A DNA stretch of 64,000 nt from an uncultured cyanobacterium (lineage in GTDB: Bacteria; Cyanobacteriota; Cyanobacteriia; Cyanobacteriales; CAWCAG01). The number at the start of each line of letters is the position of its first letter. Within the stretch, counting starts at the first letter, position 1. The notes beneath the pieces are model-generated. The model worked only from the letters and a program-made list of their open reading frames with translations. It was not told the origin of the DNA and did no database searches. A program made the position numbers and the translations under genes. The DNA lies in NCBI GenBank assembly GCA_963793425.1, contig CAWCAG010000005.1:576001-640000 (forward strand), given 5' to 3'. Below, piece by piece: positions 60,234 to 64,000 of the stretch.

Positions 60234-61402
60234 CTACACTTGTTCGTGAGTAAAGGAAGGATTCTCTCTCCTAATAATCCAGTAGCGAATATGACCATTT
60301 ACTCTATTCTGTAGATTCCGACCTTTACCATCTTCATCAATCCATTTTTGTACTTCTTTCCTAGTAGGTAATTGAGGACTTTTAGTGAAGCCTTCAGCTT
60401 TACATTTATCTCTTATTTCTTCTATCAGAGGCGTATCTTTCATTTTTTTTGCAGCAGTTCGTTGAGCTTCTGCTTTTTCTCGTACTTTAATTTGATACTC
60501 TTCTGCTTCCGGTAGAGGGATAATCTGTTCAATATTGAGCAAAAGTTCTTCTCCAAGTTTATAGGGCTGTAGTCGGACGCAGCGAATATCCAAATTTCGC
60601 TCATTGAGCCACATTACAGTAGTCGTCAGCTCTCTAGAAAAATTGCCAGATGCCAGCACAATTCTGACATCTGTAGGAAACTGTTCCTCTAAAGAATCAC
60701 TCCAATCCAAGAAATCAAGGATATCTTCTTCAGGATTTTTCTCAATGGCACGTTTATTGAGATATTGCTTGTAAACTTCAACAGCTTTCTCAAATGTCAT
60801 TGTAGAAACCATCGCTGCATAGCGCAGAGCTTGAAGTTCCATATGAAACGTTTCATCTCGCATAGTTAAAATACAAGATTGCAACGAATATCCAAGTTTC
60901 GCTCATTCAACCACATTACAGTAGTAGTTAACTCTCTAGAAAAATTGCCAGATGCTAGTACAATTCTGACATCCGTAGGAAACTGTTCTTCTAAAGAATC
61001 ACTCCAACCTAAAAAATCAAGAATGTCTTCTTCAGGATTTTTCTCAATGGCACGTTTATTGAGATATTGCTTGTAAACTTCAACAGCTTTCTCAAATGTC
61101 ATTGTAGAAACCATCGCTGCATAGCGCAGAGCTTGAAGTTCCATATGAACCCCCGTTTCATCTCGCTTCAGTTCAATTACTACAAGATTTGCTTGCTTAT
61201 CAATACCAAGAAGATCGATTCTTCTGGCTCCCTCTGTCCACTCTGAAAACTCTTCAGCGATAATTAAAGTGTCTGGAGAGATAGCATTGATTTGATCTCT
61301 CAAGGCTGACTGAAGATCCACACGTTCTGTAATTCCTTCTATTCCAAACTGAGTACTCTGAACTTCTGCGATTTGCTTGTTTCTGAAAGTATAAAGGGGC
61401 AT
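60234..61402 (-). pseudogene. PD-(D/E)XK (NucS/DUF91-like) nuclease split by an internal tandem duplication
   Basis: RRIDLLGID...LVVIELKR motif in 60866-61402; ~95 aa repeated in 60234-60884. Confidence 0.75.
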
Positions 61403-61454
61403 AGATTATGCTGAAGTATAGACGATTACTTCTAGTTGCCAACAGCCACAAAAA

Positions 61455-61562
61455 ATGACCATTGAGGAATATTTTGTCTGGGAACCCAAGCAAAATATCC
61501 ACTATGAATATATTAATGGGGAAGTCTATTCCTTATTGACAAACATAAAAACAACTATGTAA
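61455..61562 (+). pseudogene. Uma2 N-terminal fragment
   Basis: MTIEEYFVWEPKQNIHYEYINGEVYS, then similarity ends where the convergent phosphorylase stop begins. Confidence 0.65.
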
Positions 61563-63338
61563 ATGTTCATCTCCTGTAGGTTCAAACTTATTGGTTATCC
61601 AAGCAGATTGATAGGGTTGAAGTAGGAACTCTGCATAGAGATCCTCAATTTGATAGCCGCTAATCAGATCAGCCCAAGTATCTGTACCTACCAAATTCAA
61701 ATCTCCTAAATTGATTTTTTGAGTGCGATCGCTCAAATTATGCAAACAGAAAATGCTTTGATCTCGAATAATACTTTGCCGCCAGAAAGCAAAAATTTCC
61801 GGGGCAATATGCAGAGTATACTGAGTTGCATTAGGGTGAAATGCACCTTGTTGACGACGGATTTTAATTAAGCGAGAAAGTTCTTTTAAAACGATAGCTT
61901 GAGGAGATTTGGAATCTTGTAACTTTTCATTTAACTCTTCATAATTCCATTGATAGCGGTTAATAGAACGGTTTCTGCCTGTACGTTTAACCCCTTCCTT
62001 ATCATTAGGTGTCGCCAACAAACTATGGATATAAAAAGCGGGAATACCTTCTAAGGACATCATAATAGTTTGAGAACAAACAAAGCGTTGCATTTGCCAA
62101 TCATCTTCCCCTTTTGCAGTACCTTTTAAAGCATCAAAAAGAGAAATATTTACTTCATAAGGACTTTCTGTACCATCGTCCTTTGTTCTCATACTAATCT
62201 CCCCACCAAACTGCTTCATACAACCAAGTAAGGTTTGATATTCATCATCAGATAACAATCCTTCGGCAGGGCGCAAACCGATACCATCGTGGGAAGCGGT
62301 AAAGTTGAGATAAGCACATCCTAGGGGGGCGGGAGGCATACTCATCATCCAAGTTTTGAGGTGAACACATTTCCCTTGGAGTAAAGCATTAAGCAACAAA
62401 GGCGGCAAGCTAAAGTTATAAATCAGATGAGCCTCATTACGGTTGCCGAAGTAACTGAGGTTTTCTTTATTTGGTACGTTAGTTTCTGTAATTAAAGCGA
62501 TGGAAGGGTCAACAATTTGTAAAATTTCCCGCATCAACTTAATAGCAGCGTGGGTTTCCGGCAAATGGATACAAGGAGTCCCCAAACACTTCCACAAATA
62601 ACCAATTGCATCAAGGCGAATATATTTAGCCCCCGCTTCAATATAAAAAATAATGATCTTAATAAACTCAATCAAAACATCCGGGTTAGCAAAATCAAGA
62701 TCAATTTGATCATGACTAAAGGTTGCCCAAACATACTTTTCTCCCTTAACAGTATCTACTTTAACCAGTAAGGGGCTGCTACGGGGACGAACAACACCAG
62801 AAGTATCAACATCAGATTCTACTTCAATAAAATAATCGCAGCCTGGTTTCTCACCTTGCTTAAACTGTTCAAACCAAGCACTCTGACTAGAAACGTGATT
62901 AATTACTAAATCCGCCATCAAATCGAATTTATCGGCAATTCTTTTAATATCCTGCCAGTCTCCCAAAGCCGGATTAACCTTCAAATAATCAATAACCGCA
63001 AAGCCATCATCAGAACTGTAGGGACAAAAGGGTAAAATATGTACCCCAGTGATAGTATCTTGCAAATACTCTTCTAAAAAACGACTCAAAGTAACTAGAG
63101 ATTTTTCCCCAGAATCACTACAAATGCTATCTCCGTAGGTAATGAGTAAAACTTTGTCTTCACTCCATTTTGTCAAATTCTCTTCTACTGATGTAGAAAA
63201 ATAGTCTTGGAGTTCAGTAAATAACTTTTGTATTAAAGCCTCTACATCCTCATCTACATAGATTTTTTCTAAAAGAGGCTTAACACGCACAGAAAAATGT
63301 GCATAGCGATCGCTGGTACTGAGGGTTGATGCAGTCAT
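61533..63338 (-). CDS. GH13_18 sugar phosphorylase, likely glucosylglycerate phosphorylase
   Basis: LITYGD, HILPF.PYSSDDGF, W.TFS.DQ.DL, RLDA, TETNVP..EN, SHDGIG, PYEVN. Confidence 0.85.
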   Translation of the reverse strand: MTASTLSTSDRYAHFSVRVKPLLEKIYVDEDVEALIQKLFTELQDYFSTSVEENLTKWSEDKVLLITYGDSICSDSGEKSLVTLSRFLEEYLQDTITGVHILPFCPYSSDDGFAVIDYLKVNPALGDWQDIKRIADKFDLMADLVINHVSSQSAWFEQFKQGEKPGCDYFIEVESDVDTSGVVRPRSSPLLVKVDTVKGEKYVWATFSHDQIDLDFANPDVLIEFIKIIIFYIEAGAKYIRLDAIGYLWKCLGTPCIHLPETHAAIKLMREILQIVDPSIALITETNVPNKENLSYFGNRNEAHLIYNFSLPPLLLNALLQGKCVHLKTWMMSMPPAPLGCAYLNFTASHDGIGLRPAEGLLSDDEYQTLLGCMKQFGGEISMRTKDDGTESPYEVNISLFDALKGTAKGEDDWQMQRFVCSQTIMMSLEGIPAFYIHSLLATPNDKEGVKRTGRNRSINRYQWNYEELNEKLQDSKSPQAIVLKELSRLIKIRRQQGAFHPNATQYTLHIAPEIFAFWRQSIIRDQSIFCLHNLSDRTQKINLGDLNLVGTDTWADLISGYQIEDLYAEFLLQPYQSAWITNKFEPTGDEHLHSCFYVCQ

Positions 63339-63552
63339 GATGATATCTAGCTAGTATGTCGAGATTAAATTAGGAAAGAGTTTTTAAACCTCACCATAAC
63401 TAACATATAAATATTCTCAATCCTGGTAAAAAAATCACAAATTTCGTCTTTTTAGGGAAATTTGCCCAGTTTTAATATTGATATCAAATCAAAATCTGCT
63501 ATTATCTTCTTAACATTCCGATAGCAGAATAGTTATTTTTACTCTTCCTCGC

Positions 63553-64000
63553 ATGCAATACGTAGACACCAAGAAAGTTGCCGAAATGTTAAAGATAACT
63601 CCCCGGCGAGTTGTCTATTTACTGCAACAACGCCGTATTAAAGGAGCCTATAAGATTGGTAAGTTTTGGGCAATTCCTCTATATAAAGGCAAGCCGAAGA
63701 TTTCTCGCGGGAAAAGAGGCCCGGCTCCTCGTTGGTGTCAACCTCGTGTAGGGCCGGTGAAGATTATTCATGTTAATGGAGGGGCGATCGCTCGCAATAG
63801 GAAGAAAAGCAAGCTCGAAGAGTTAGAAGCAGTGATTAGTGTTAAGCACAATAAGGCTAATCATTATGGACACGAGGTAGATATTTATGGCCCTTGTCGT
63901 TTAGTGTATAGCTACGATAAAGCTAAATATGGTGGGGCGAGGTTATGGATAGAAACATACTCAGAGGTTGAGGTGTTTGAGTTTAAAGGAGAGGGCCATT
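63553..64000 (+). CDS. DNA-binding protein with excisionase-like HTH (runs off the window end)
   Basis: Translated by eye: MQYVDTKKVAEMLKITPRRVVYLLQQRRIKGAYKIGKFWAIP...GARLWIET. Confidence 0.8.
   Translation, partial: MQYVDTKKVAEMLKITPRRVVYLLQQRRIKGAYKIGKFWAIPLYKGKPKISRGKRGPAPRWCQPRVGPVKIIHVNGGAIARNRKKSKLEELEAVISVKHNKANHYGHEVDIYGPCRLVYSYDKAKYGGARLWIETYSEVEVFEFKGEGH

Noticed and set aside
60579..61166. Diverged repeat pair as a DGR template/variable repeat
   Set aside because: Differences are not adenine-specific on either strand, are nearly all synonymous, and no reverse transcriptase is in the window.

Overview
Chromosomal window from a cyanobacterium, indicated by roughly 30 HIP1 GCGATCGC octamers, apcF, nblR, tocopherol genes and heptameric STRR tandem repeats. 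Most of it is housekeeping: smc, scpB, spp, coaBC, rpmF, glnA/apcF, PBP1A, purF/purL, ftsH, tocopherol hpt/gamma-TMT and a GH13_18 phosphorylase. Three small accessory patches (about 10.7-15 kb, 53-54 kb and 59.3-61.6 kb) hold TA modules, an orphan PAAR, an orphan XisI, a crippled IS1 and decayed nucleases. The most interesting signals concern translation stress. (1) A 66-aa basic ORF at 41319-41519 has a KGKG motif and an intrinsic terminator inside the coding sequence just before its stop codon. This is the non-stop mRNA design of ArfA/BrfA ribosome-rescue genes. (2) A TrcR-like repressor locus has a divergent operon starting with a leader ORF, alternative hairpins and a terminator, which looks like a ribosome-coupled attenuator. 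(3) A ~240-nt highly base-paired RNA candidate with its own near-consensus sigma70 promoter lies at 50.68-50.92 kb. (4) Several very small mobile repeats are present, two of which have inserted into the IS1, and one of those shifts the insA/insB frame. All family assignments come from motif recognition. No database search was run.
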